Part shown: positions 49,049-57,914 of the stretch, piece by piece
Numbering within the stretch: position 1 is the first letter of the stretch
Layout: each line of letters begins with the position of its first letter
DNA from: an uncultured bacterium
Lineage (GTDB): Bacteria > Desulfobacterota_D > UBA1144 > Nemesobacterales > UBA2774
Reading direction: 5' to 3'
Assembly: GCA_963825135.1 (NCBI GenBank)
Contig: CAWGRW010000009.1
Coordinates: forward strand, 2,048,001-2,112,000
DNA length: 64,000 nt
Notes under the pieces: model-generated
What the model was told of the DNA's origin: nothing
The model's input: the letters and a program-made list of their open reading frames with translations, nothing else
Databases searched by the model: none
Made by a program: the position numbers and the translations under genes

Positions 49049-50689
49049 CTAATTATAATGCGCATTCGCTCCCTGTATACCGAGGCGCATCATATATAAT
49101 CCGCTCTGGGCGCATAGAAAGAGCGTCTTTCCGTCTTCCCCGCCCCAGGCCATGTTGTGTACGTGCCTGGGAGCGATAATGGTCCCTATGTGCTTTCCGC
49201 CCGCTGAAATCACCCAGATACCGCCCGGGCCCGAGACATAGAGGTTCCCCCGGGAATCGACTTTTATACCGTCGATTGCGTCCTCACCCGGGGCTTCCGT
49301 CATATCGAAGAAGCGCTCCCCCTCCGATAACGTGCCGTCTTTTTTAACTTCATAGCGCATTACGACTTTGTTTTCCGGGTCCCAGTTCCCGACGTAGAGA
49401 TGCTTTTCATCGGGCGAGAATGCTATTCCGTTGGGCCCCTTCAACTCCTTATTCAATAAGACGATTTGACCGTCAGGAGATATCCGGTATACCCCGCTCC
49501 AGGGGATTTCTTTCCTGGGGTCGTTCTCGAACATCGGAAGTCCGAAGGGCGGGTCCGTGAAGTATAGGGAGCCGTCCGACTTGTAAACGAGGTCGTTGGG
49601 GCTGTTAAGCCTCTTGCCCTCGTAGCTGTCGGCAAGCACCGTGACTGCCCCGTCCTTCTCGATTCTCGAAACCCTGTGGTTTCCGTGCTCGTCGATTGTG
49701 AGTCTGCCTTCTTTATCGAGAGCGAGGCCGTTTGATCCGGGCTGCTTAAATTCGGCTATGTCGGAGCCTGAATACCCGCTCGGTTGACGGAATATGGAGA
49801 GCTCCCCGTCCTTCGAGATTTTATAGATAATATTGCTGTTGGGGTCGCTGAAGAGAAGGTATTCACCGTCGTTTACCCAGACCGGGCCCTCGGTGAATTT
49901 GAATCCTTCGGCGAGCTTGAATATCTTCGGGTTAGGCCCGGCTATAGCGTCCATAGCGGGATCGAGCCTTACTACCTCTACATTCACCTCTGAAGGCGTT
50001 ACCGCTATCGGCGCCTCGCTCCCCTCGTAGAACTCAAGCTTTGCCTCCCTCATCCATATGAAATTGGTCGGCGGGTTGGATATAGGTCCGTTAATGCCGA
50101 AGACCGCGAGCTGGATGGTATCTCCCGGCTTCACGTCTCGCCCTATTACAAGCCTGTTGGCTGCGTTCCATCCCGCTATAACGGAGCCGCCCGCCTGACC
50201 GAGGTACCGGGCGAGCTCGCCGTTTACCCAGACCTCTGCGTAGTCGTCAATCGCGGTCTCGAATACGACTGTCGAACCTTCGGTAGCGAAACCGCCGACG
50301 CTTTCAGGGATCGTTACCCTGATCCGGTACCAGTTGAAGCATATCCTGCCCGTCGAACGGCGCTGGCTCAGGGTCTCGGGCGCGATCTTTTCCCATTTCG
50401 AGTCGTCGTAATCGGCGCCGCCCGCTTTTGGCGTGTAGTCATATGTTTTGACGGGGGCCCCCGTGGGCTGATTGTCGGTCCCCGGGCCCTTGAAATCGAC
50501 TTCGGTTATCTTGACGTCGCTGTAGAGCCACTGCCCTTTTACCTCCTCTGCCCCCTCCGAAGTAGCGAGATCGATGACGGCGGCGGGCTTCCCGTTCGGA
50601 ACGTCAACAGGCTCGACACTGCGGGCGACGAGCGCAGATATGATGGATAAAAGAAATACGGCCGTGTATATGATGGATTCGAGTATCAT
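49049..50689 (-). CDS. Secreted SMP-30/gluconolactonase-family protein with N-terminal sugar-binding-like domain
   Basis: FTEGPVW, LNSPND, YFTDPPFG, PNGIAFSPD, DGIKVD; N-terminal WYR...IDDYAEVWVNG jelly-roll. Confidence 0.88.
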   Translation of the reverse strand: MILESIIYTAVFLLSIISALVARSVEPVDVPNGKPAAVIDLATSEGAEEVKGQWLYSDVKITEVDFKGPGTDNQPTGAPVKTYDYTPKAGGADYDDSKWEKIAPETLSQRRSTGRICFNWYRIRVTIPESVGGFATEGSTVVFETAIDDYAEVWVNGELARYLGQAGGSVIAGWNAANRLVIGRDVKPGDTIQLAVFGINGPISNPPTNFIWMREAKLEFYEGSEAPIAVTPSEVNVEVVRLDPAMDAIAGPNPKIFKLAEGFKFTEGPVWVNDGEYLLFSDPNSNIIYKISKDGELSIFRQPSGYSGSDIAEFKQPGSNGLALDKEGRLTIDEHGNHRVSRIEKDGAVTVLADSYEGKRLNSPNDLVYKSDGSLYFTDPPFGLPMFENDPRKEIPWSGVYRISPDGQIVLLNKELKGPNGIAFSPDEKHLYVGNWDPENKVVMRYEVKKDGTLSEGERFFDMTEAPGEDAIDGIKVDSRGNLYVSGPGGIWVISAGGKHIGTIIAPRHVHNMAWGGEDGKTLFLCAQSGLYMMRLGIQGANAHYN

Positions 50690-51183
50690 TGTTTCTCTCC
50701 TGGATTTTCGGTCTCGCTTACCGCCGATGCTCCGACTATTGCGATATCTTCGTCTTCCTGCGGGGTGTTTCCGCTGACGCCGATTGCGCCCGCCACCTTG
50801 CCGCTAATGATGATCGGTATCCCTCCCTGGAGAGGCGTCGCACCCGGAAGCGCGAGCGCCGCAACCCGGCCCTCGCGAATCTGGTCCTCGAATACCTTGC
50901 TCGGCCGCCTGAATATGGCGGCTGTGCGCGCCTTACCTATCCCCACTTCGACGCTCGCCACCTGAGTATCGTCCAGGCGCTCGAGGAGTATCAGATGCCC
51001 GCCGTCGTCGACGACCGCTATCACCACTGTCGCGCCTCTCCTGGCCGCTTCCTTCTCCGCGGCCTCGACCGCTTTCTTCGCTGCTCCCAGGGTGAGGATC
51101 GGTTTTACTGGAGTCTCGGCTTCGGCCGCGAGCACAGCGGGTATCGTCAGAATTAATAGAAGAGTGGATATTATTTTTTTCAT
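50686..51183 (-). CDS. GlcG/HbpS-family heme-binding protein (secreted)
   Basis: IAVVDDGG, GKARTAA, LQGGIPI, GAIGVSG. Confidence 0.88.
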   Translation of the reverse strand: MKKIISTLLLILTIPAVLAAEAETPVKPILTLGAAKKAVEAAEKEAARRGATVVIAVVDDGGHLILLERLDDTQVASVEVGIGKARTAAIFRRPSKVFEDQIREGRVAALALPGATPLQGGIPIIISGKVAGAIGVSGNTPQEDEDIAIVGASAVSETENPGEKQ

Positions 51184-51201
51184 TTTCGCTCTCTCCCCGA
51201 C

Positions 51202-52062
51202 CTAACCAACCTTGACTACGTAATAGAGGAGCGGACCGTTCACTGTCTTAAACCAGTGAGGGACGCCGGCCGGCACGATGATCACGTCACCGGGCTTGAT
51301 CTCGCGCGGCTCACCCCCTGAGATCTCTTTCCCTCGTATCTCATCGGGCGCAATTGACTTGCCTTCGACGACTGTCCCTTCCGTCACGAACATGGCGGAC
51401 CCTTCGAGGACATAGATGATGTCCGTATCTTTGGTATGGACCTCCGCGACGCCCGGCTCGGTTCTGCGGCTCGCATGTACTTTGTAGCCGGCCGTCTCTG
51501 TGAGCGGCATGCCCTTGGCGAATGCAGCCTTGACCTCACTATTGTCGAAGTAAGTGACGGGAGCGGTGCTCATCTCTGCGGATGAACCGTTCATTAGCGC
51601 GCCGGCCCCTGCGAGCGCGAGCTCTTCGTCCTGCTGTGCGCTGGATGCACCGCTCACTCCGACGGCTCCCACAATCTCCCCGTTGATCGTTATCGGCACC
51701 CCGCCCTGGAGGGGGGTGAAGTCCTGAAGGGCGACCATGCTGGTGCGCCCGTTCTTGATTACGTCTTCAAAAAACTTGGTCGGCTTCTTAAAAAGAGCGG
51801 CCGTCCTCGCCTTTCCGATGGAAATATTCGCGCCTGCCGCAAACGTCCCGTCGATACGCTCAAGCGCCATCAGGTTTCCGCCGTCGTCCACGACCGCTAC
51901 TACCGCGCCCGGAGCGTTCAGTCTTTTTGCCTCGGCCATGGCCGCTGCGATCACGATATCGGCGCCCTCGAGCGTGAGTGATTTCTTCTCCGCCACCTGC
52001 GCCTCCGCTGACACGGCGCACGTAAAAAGCAGTATTGCCAAAACCAGTTCGATAATCTTCAT
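51202..52062 (-). CDS. GlcG/HbpS domain fused to a cupin domain (secreted)
   Basis: GlcG motifs followed by AEVH...YVLEG...GDVIIVPAGVPHWF. Confidence 0.85.
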   Translation of the reverse strand: MKIIELVLAILLFTCAVSAEAQVAEKKSLTLEGADIVIAAAMAEAKRLNAPGAVVAVVDDGGNLMALERIDGTFAAGANISIGKARTAALFKKPTKFFEDVIKNGRTSMVALQDFTPLQGGVPITINGEIVGAVGVSGASSAQQDEELALAGAGALMNGSSAEMSTAPVTYFDNSEVKAAFAKGMPLTETAGYKVHASRRTEPGVAEVHTKDTDIIYVLEGSAMFVTEGTVVEGKSIAPDEIRGKEISGGEPREIKPGDVIIVPAGVPHWFKTVNGPLLYYVVKVG

Positions 52063-52095
52063 TATTAATCCCTCCCGGAATTTATCTGACTCTGA

Positions 52096-52135
52096 ACGGC
52101 CGGCTTGTCTCTCGATATGAAACACGGCCGGCCGT
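52096..52135. other. Intergenic stem-loop within the operon
   Basis: ACGGCCGGC...GCCGGCCGT inverted repeat. Confidence 0.5.
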
Positions 52136-52155
52136 CACATGATTTGATTCACTGT

Positions 52156-52569
52156 TTAATTCATCGCCGCTGCGAACGGAGCCTCGCCGAGCAGGGCTTG
52201 CGCGTATGCGCACCAGATCTGGACCTTTGCTACATCGTGCACGTATGAGGGCACCGTGATTGACTTATTAATCTTGTCACCCTTTATGGGCAGGCGCTCC
52301 AGCAGGTAAACGTTGCCTTTCGAATCCACGACCTGCCAGTGTGGGTCGGGGGTCCCCGGTACTACGAAATCGTCGGAGAGCGTAAGGACGGTTTTGCCCC
52401 CGTCTTTCGTGAGCGTCACGGTACCGCCGTTTACCTTAGCGCCCGAGAACGGCTGCGAAGTCATCTGATCCGCGGCGTAGCCGGCCGCTGCCCCGATTAT
52501 CAGCACGAGAAGCATAACGATCGAAACAACGCCTGATTTAATACTCGTCGACTTAAAAGAGCTAAGCAT
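52156..52569 (-). CDS. Secreted DM13-like small protein
   Basis: Signal peptide; LSDDF..PGTPDPHW...VQIWC...LLG resembles a divergent DM13 domain. Confidence 0.65.
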   Translation of the reverse strand: MLSSFKSTSIKSGVVSIVMLLVLIIGAAAGYAADQMTSQPFSGAKVNGGTVTLTKDGGKTVLTLSDDFVVPGTPDPHWQVVDSKGNVYLLERLPIKGDKINKSITVPSYVHDVAKVQIWCAYAQALLGEAPFAAAMN

Positions 52570-52603
52570 TTTACTTCCTCCTGTGTTAGTGTTTTTAAAT
52601 CTT

Positions 52604-53437
52604 CTAAATTAAGCTTCTTACTTTTTCCGTCGCCAGATTCATATTCTCGGACTTTACCTCTCCCGGATACCCGCAGTGAATGCACCGCTTGTTGTTCTGA
52701 TGGTGGAGCTTCGCGCACGATACCGCGTTCGCCCCTTTAACGCGGACATAAACCTCCGCGGCCAGCAGCATCCCGAATAAAGGAGCCGTAAAGTAGATCC
52801 ATAGCCCGCTATGGTTGTTCGCGAAGAGGCTCGAGCCGAGAGAGCGCGCCGGGTTCATGCTCATTCCCGAGATCGGGGCCTCGAACGTGATGTAAGTCGC
52901 TACGAGCAATCCGGCGAAGAGCCCCGTGTACCTCGCGATGCTCGGGGTGTTCGATACGGTGAGCACGACCGTCATGAGGATGAACGAGATGACCGCCTCC
53001 GCAATAAAAGCGATTATCACCCCTTGCATACCCGGAAAGGTGGCTGCGTAGTTCACGTGGGGGTGCGATGCGATCCTGCCGATTAATATGTGAGCGATAA
53101 GCACGCCTGCCGCCGCTCCTGCGAACTGGGCTATTACGTAAAACGCCGCGTCCCAGGCCTTTACCTTGCCGAGCCTGAGGAATGTGAGGGTTACTGACGG
53201 GTTGATGTGCGCGCCTGACTGCTTGCCCCAGGGAGAATAGATGATGGATATCGCGGTCAGACCCATTGCCATACCCATCAGCACTCTCCTGGTCATCGGG
53301 TCGGGTATTGCGCCATGGACCGGAGAAGAGGGGTGCTCTAGAAGCGCCACGAATAAGCACGCGGATATCATAAAGAACCCGAGCCCGGCGGCTTCGATCA
53401 GGTATTCGGGCCAATGATTTTTCAGTATTGTCAGCAT
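52604..53437 (-). CDS. MIP/aquaporin with Cys/His-rich C-terminal tail
   Basis: SGAHINPS and GMSMNPARS; tail CAKLHHQNNKRCIHCG. Confidence 0.9.
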   Translation of the reverse strand: MLTILKNHWPEYLIEAAGLGFFMISACLFVALLEHPSSPVHGAIPDPMTRRVLMGMAMGLTAISIIYSPWGKQSGAHINPSVTLTFLRLGKVKAWDAAFYVIAQFAGAAAGVLIAHILIGRIASHPHVNYAATFPGMQGVIIAFIAEAVISFILMTVVLTVSNTPSIARYTGLFAGLLVATYITFEAPISGMSMNPARSLGSSLFANNHSGLWIYFTAPLFGMLLAAEVYVRVKGANAVSCAKLHHQNNKRCIHCGYPGEVKSENMNLATEKVRSLI

Positions 53438-53455
53438 GGCGGTATTGACCCTATT

Positions 53456-54562
53456 TCAGTTAAGCGGAGCTACTTCGCAGAAGACTTTAATCGCGCCTTT
53501 CGCGTTTGTGAGGGTGTTCATGAGCTCTTTGTAGTTTTCGAGTCCTTTGACCGGGTGAGTGAGGAAATTGGAAATCCACCCCGGCCATTCATGCTCCGCG
53601 TGCGAAATGTCTTTTACGCCCATCTCGAAGTATTCGCGGTTCGCGTTGACGGTTCCCACGACTACCTTGTTACCCAGGACGAATCCGAGGTTTATCATGT
53701 CGCAAGGCACTTCGACCTTCCGGTCCCCTCCCGTAACGCTCGAGAGCACGAGGACGCCGTTCTTACCAAGGCAATTCATCGCCTCGAACACGATTGGAGA
53801 GAAGCCCGTCGCCTCGAAGATTATGTCGAAAGGACCGTGTTTGTCCGCCGCTTGCATAATATTTATTTCGTCTGTCGTGTGGTAATGCGCACCGATCTGT
53901 TCTATCAGGTCCGAGTTCAGGTACGGGGCTTTGGTCCTGCCGAATACATGTACCTGCATACCCCTCAATCTGAGGGCCATGGCGGCGAGGAGACCGATGG
54001 TCCCGGCTCCCAGCACCGCCGCGCGCTTCGGGCGCCAAACGCGGAGGCGTCTCTGTATCTCGTAAGCCTGGGCAATGCCCTTTTCGATGACACTCGTGGG
54101 CTCGAGGAGAACTCCGAATTCCTTCAAGCCCCTAGGGACTTTCACGAGGTATTCGGGATCCTCAACATAATATTCAGTCAGGAAGCCGTGGAGGAGGTTT
54201 ATTCCATGCTCAAAGTAGTTGTCGTCGGTCGTCGTATCGTACTTGCCAATTTTGTCGTAGATGCTTCCGCCGGGTCTCCTGACAGTGGCCGTGACGTAGT
54301 CTCCGGGGACGAACTCCGTGACGTTCTTTCCCACTTCCTCGACTATCCCGAAGCTCTCGTGTCCTATCACCAGAAAATCGTATCCGGTAGGCGCGGCCCC
54401 GTACTCGGCGGCGTTTATCTCCTTATCCGTTCCGTCCACCCCCACGCGCAGTACTTTCACCAACACCCCGCGCCCGTCCGGTATCTCGTTTATATTGGGC
54501 TTCGGGAGCTCCGTAAGGTGAACGCTGCCCGGCTTGCCCGGAATGACTCCTATCGCTTTCAT
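53456..54562 (-). CDS. Zn-dependent (MDR) glucose 1-dehydrogenase, archaeal-like
   Basis: GVDGTD, GHESFG, VRRP, GAGTIG, EATG, GTVNA. Confidence 0.85.
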   Translation of the reverse strand: MKAIGVIPGKPGSVHLTELPKPNINEIPDGRGVLVKVLRVGVDGTDKEINAAEYGAAPTGYDFLVIGHESFGIVEEVGKNVTEFVPGDYVTATVRRPGGSIYDKIGKYDTTTDDNYFEHGINLLHGFLTEYYVEDPEYLVKVPRGLKEFGVLLEPTSVIEKGIAQAYEIQRRLRVWRPKRAAVLGAGTIGLLAAMALRLRGMQVHVFGRTKAPYLNSDLIEQIGAHYHTTDEINIMQAADKHGPFDIIFEATGFSPIVFEAMNCLGKNGVLVLSSVTGGDRKVEVPCDMINLGFVLGNKVVVGTVNANREYFEMGVKDISHAEHEWPGWISNFLTHPVKGLENYKELMNTLTNAKGAIKVFCEVAPLN

Positions 54563-54595
54563 AAATCCGCTCTCCTTGGTACTAAAGTTGCCAAG

Positions 54596-54624
54596 TTAGA
54601 CGAACGTATGGCGGGGATGGATTT
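54596..54624 (-). promoter_or_regulatory. ECF-type promoter motif, copy 5
   Basis: AAATCC-N16-CGTCTAA upstream of the glucose dehydrogenase operon. Confidence 0.75.
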
Positions 54625-54686
54625 ACGGCATGGCTATGTGGAGCTGATCGCTAAAGGCGGCAGGGCGATATAGGGCAGGGAGAGTA

Positions 54687-55457
54687 TCAAACCCCTCTTT
54701 CCAGGAGTATCTTCGAGGGCTTCGGGACCTTCCTCAATTTTATACCGAACTTGTCGACGATGTTCTTATGAATATAGGCGACGGCTTCATCGACCGAATC
54801 GGTGAACACGAGGAAGCCGAGGTCGTTCTCGTCTATCGTTTGTTCCATGACCATCAAATCGAGAAAATCCATGAGGGGCTTGAAATAATCCCTACCCAGG
54901 AGGATTATCGGAAAGTTGTAGATCTTCTTTGTCTGGATCAGGGTCAGCGTTTCAAAGAGCTCGTCCATTGTCCCCGCGCCGCCCGGCAGCACGACGAACG
55001 CATACGAGTATTTAAGGAGCATGAGTTTCCTGACGAAGAAATACTTGAAAGTTACCATTATGTCGAGGTAGGGGTTCGGCTTTTGCTCCATCGGGAGCTT
55101 GATATTACAGCCTATCGATTTTCCGCCCGCTTCCTTCGCCCCCCTGTTGGCCGCTTCCATGATGCCGGGCCCGCCTCCGGTCATTACGGCGAAGCCCATG
55201 TTCGCGAGCTCGTACCCCATCTTCCGTGCGAGCTCGTACTTCGGGTTCCCTTCCTTCGTTCTCGCCGATCCGAAGACAGTGACGACCGGGCCTACGAAAT
55301 GGAGTATCCTGAACCCCCTTAAGAACTCCCGCATTACGCGGAATAAAAACCAGAGCTCCCTCAGCCTCGAGTGCGGCCCTTCGATGAACTGCATCTCCTC
55401 CGTGCGGGGTTTTACGCTCTTTTGCCTGTAAAAGAATTCCCTGAGGTCCTTTAACAT
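54687..55457 (-). CDS. LOG-family (TIGR00730-like) nucleotide phosphoribohydrolase
   Basis: VFGSAR, TGGGPGIMEA, FFVRK, PGGAGTMDE. Confidence 0.9.
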   Translation of the reverse strand: MLKDLREFFYRQKSVKPRTEEMQFIEGPHSRLRELWFLFRVMREFLRGFRILHFVGPVVTVFGSARTKEGNPKYELARKMGYELANMGFAVMTGGGPGIMEAANRGAKEAGGKSIGCNIKLPMEQKPNPYLDIMVTFKYFFVRKLMLLKYSYAFVVLPGGAGTMDELFETLTLIQTKKIYNFPIILLGRDYFKPLMDFLDLMVMEQTIDENDLGFLVFTDSVDEAVAYIHKNIVDKFGIKLRKVPKPSKILLERGV

Positions 55458-55598
55458 GTTCGTATTATCCCCGTAGATATTTAAACGCTACAGCCGCCAC
55501 GCTCTGGAGTCTATCTCTTAAATACATCAATATAGTGGATTGTGTCAATAGATTCCGGGGTTTCGGTTATGATTTCGACCGGCGTTCTCCGGCCGCTT

Positions 55599-56762
55599 TC
55601 AGTAAACGGCTTTATCGGCCGGCTTGGCGGATCCGATAACGAAGCTGTTAATAATTGTCCGGGCGTATTCTTGACCCTGCGCCCTGTCGTACACGCCGCC
55701 CTCGGCCAATCTGTCTGAGTATTCGAACAGGTATTCGTATAGTTTTTTATCCTGATAGCTATTTTTCAATCTTAGAGTCGGGTTTGACTTAATCGCTTCT
55801 TCCCACACCTGTCTCACATCAGCCCAGAACGGCGCGGTCCGCTCCCAGTATTCTCTGGCGGCCGAGTCGTTAAAACCGGACAACCGTTCATACCGGTCGA
55901 GCCCGATCTCTTTTGCGAGGTAGGGGTCGTTCCCGAGCTCCTTACCGTCCCCGTCCACGACCATTTTGAGGTTGTCCTGTTCATGCGCCCAGCCGGTGGG
56001 AGTGATGGTTATGCGGTTCACGCCCGAGAGCACGTTATAATCGTCCCTCACGCTGAATTCCCGCCTCGGCAGCGGGCGCCATGTGACGGGGCTCGTCCAG
56101 GTCACATCGTTCCCGTCGTACACCCATTCCGCGAGCGCTTCGTATCTGGGCGTATCGTCTACCTGATAGACCGCCTGGGACCATTTCCCGGCGGCTTGGT
56201 CCCTGGGGACTTTGACCGTTTGCCAGGTGTTGTTGCCTCTGTACTCCAAAATCTCCTCGTCCTGATAAGTCCAGTCCTGACGCCAGTGTTTGGTTACTGA
56301 CGGGCCCTCCACTTTCCCGTTTTCGTCCAGGAAATACATTACGAGTATGTGCTGGAGACTTATGAAGCTGCCCGTGTCCTCGATCACCTTTATGTATTCA
56401 GTCGCCCAGGACTGATAGGGGCGGTCAACCTTGTATCCGGTACGGAGCGGTATTGTCTCGATGAAATTGAACGTGACCCTGTATGTTCCGGCCATCGACA
56501 GAATGGCTCTTCTGTCGCGCTCGTACTTCGTGATGCCGGGTTCCCGTACGGCGATCAATCCGGGGTTCGGGGATTTGTCCAGTATGACGGGCGCGCCCGC
56601 GGTCACGCCGCCCCTGGGCTTCATAGAGTCGTTATCCGAGTATTCCCAGCTGAAGGTGAATTGCTTCTCCGCCGGCGGGTTTTGTTGAACGGCAGTCTTC
56701 GCGGCGCAGCCGCTTACTGCGATCGGCAAACAAATGAGTAAGGGCAGCAGTTTTTTCGTCAT
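55599..56762 (-). CDS. DUF6607-like lipoprotein
   Basis: Lipobox VSG-C after ATG at 56762; ISLQHIL, KHWRQDW, YQVDDTPRY, WRPLPRRE, HEQDN. Confidence 0.75.
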   Translation of the reverse strand: MTKKLLPLLICLPIAVSGCAAKTAVQQNPPAEKQFTFSWEYSDNDSMKPRGGVTAGAPVILDKSPNPGLIAVREPGITKYERDRRAILSMAGTYRVTFNFIETIPLRTGYKVDRPYQSWATEYIKVIEDTGSFISLQHILVMYFLDENGKVEGPSVTKHWRQDWTYQDEEILEYRGNNTWQTVKVPRDQAAGKWSQAVYQVDDTPRYEALAEWVYDGNDVTWTSPVTWRPLPRREFSVRDDYNVLSGVNRITITPTGWAHEQDNLKMVVDGDGKELGNDPYLAKEIGLDRYERLSGFNDSAAREYWERTAPFWADVRQVWEEAIKSNPTLRLKNSYQDKKLYEYLFEYSDRLAEGGVYDRAQGQEYARTIINSFVIGSAKPADKAVY

Positions 56763-56986
56763 GACCCGGCTTGCTCGCAAGAAACGTTTAAAGATTACCC
56801 AAGCCGAAGAAAGATTCGAAATTAAGCCGGATTTTTGTAAATATCCCGGGAAGATAATTTTAATGATAAATATTAATAAAGTTCCTGATATTCGCCCGTA
56901 CCCGAGCTGAAAGTTCAATTGAGCTGTATATTTTGCCTATGGCAACGGTCGGAAACACGCCTCAAAACCGATTGAAGGAGGAAGTG

Positions 56987-57673
56987 ATGAGCACTCGTAT
57001 CTTTCTTATAATTATATATTTAGTTTTTGTAATATTAGTCTCGGCATCTATAGACTCGCGAGCCGATGTGCTTTGCGCCAACGAAAGAAGCGGAGTCGTC
57101 AGAATCCGCCCTGAGGAATGCGAGCCTGATGAGACTGTAGTGGATTTGAGCGGAATTGCGCAGTCCCCCGCGGTCAAGCCGCCCCGGTGGAGATGGCTGG
57201 GCGAGGGCGAGGGGACCTACTGGTACGTACCAAAAGCAAACCTGCCCGCCGTAGAATGGGATACATCCGATCCCGAGAGCTATTCGCCCGTAATTGACCA
57301 GACGGTATGGCATATCGATCATTACGCGAACGGATATTTCTCAGGAACCGTAGTCGCGCAGATAGGGGTGCATCCGCCGCAGTGTCAGTACCTGATTGGG
57401 TCCGTAACTCCGAACGGCACGGTCTATATCACCTTCAATTCTCTTGCTGCTGTGCCTGTGGGCTCGCCTGCGTTGACGACTGGGGTGGGGACAATGGTGC
57501 TTAAGGGAAACGACTGGACATTCAACATGCAGATGGCCTCGGGTCAAGCCTCTAGCCAGATCACACACTGGGCTTACATGCTCGAGTGCACGCCGGATGA
57601 GAAGTGCTGGACGGACCTGCCCGGGATACAGACGAGCCTGCCTGATTTTGTCGCCGAATGCGGTACCCAATAG
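56987..57673 (+). CDS. Secreted Cys-containing hypothetical protein
   Basis: AAGGAGG RBS; signal peptide; TYWYVP, DQTVWHI, HWAYM. Confidence 0.7.
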   Translation: MSTRIFLIIIYLVFVILVSASIDSRADVLCANERSGVVRIRPEECEPDETVVDLSGIAQSPAVKPPRWRWLGEGEGTYWYVPKANLPAVEWDTSDPESYSPVIDQTVWHIDHYANGYFSGTVVAQIGVHPPQCQYLIGSVTPNGTVYITFNSLAAVPVGSPALTTGVGTMVLKGNDWTFNMQMASGQASSQITHWAYMLECTPDEKCWTDLPGIQTSLPDFVAECGTQ

Positions 57674-57914
57674 CCTCGCTGGGGACCACAATAGGCAAAG
57701 CCCAATAACGATTTGTAAAATACGGGCGGGAGCCGGTCCACGCTCGCATTCTGCATCGGAGATTGCCTGCCGGGCCCGGGCTTGGCGACGCTATCGGGCT
57801 TCTATGTAAATATTACATTAAGGGGAGTGTATAACCTTAACAACTTTCCCGTAATGACTTATACTAACTTTTGGTCTCAGGTTATGATGATATGAGCCTT
57901 TACCCCGAATCGTA

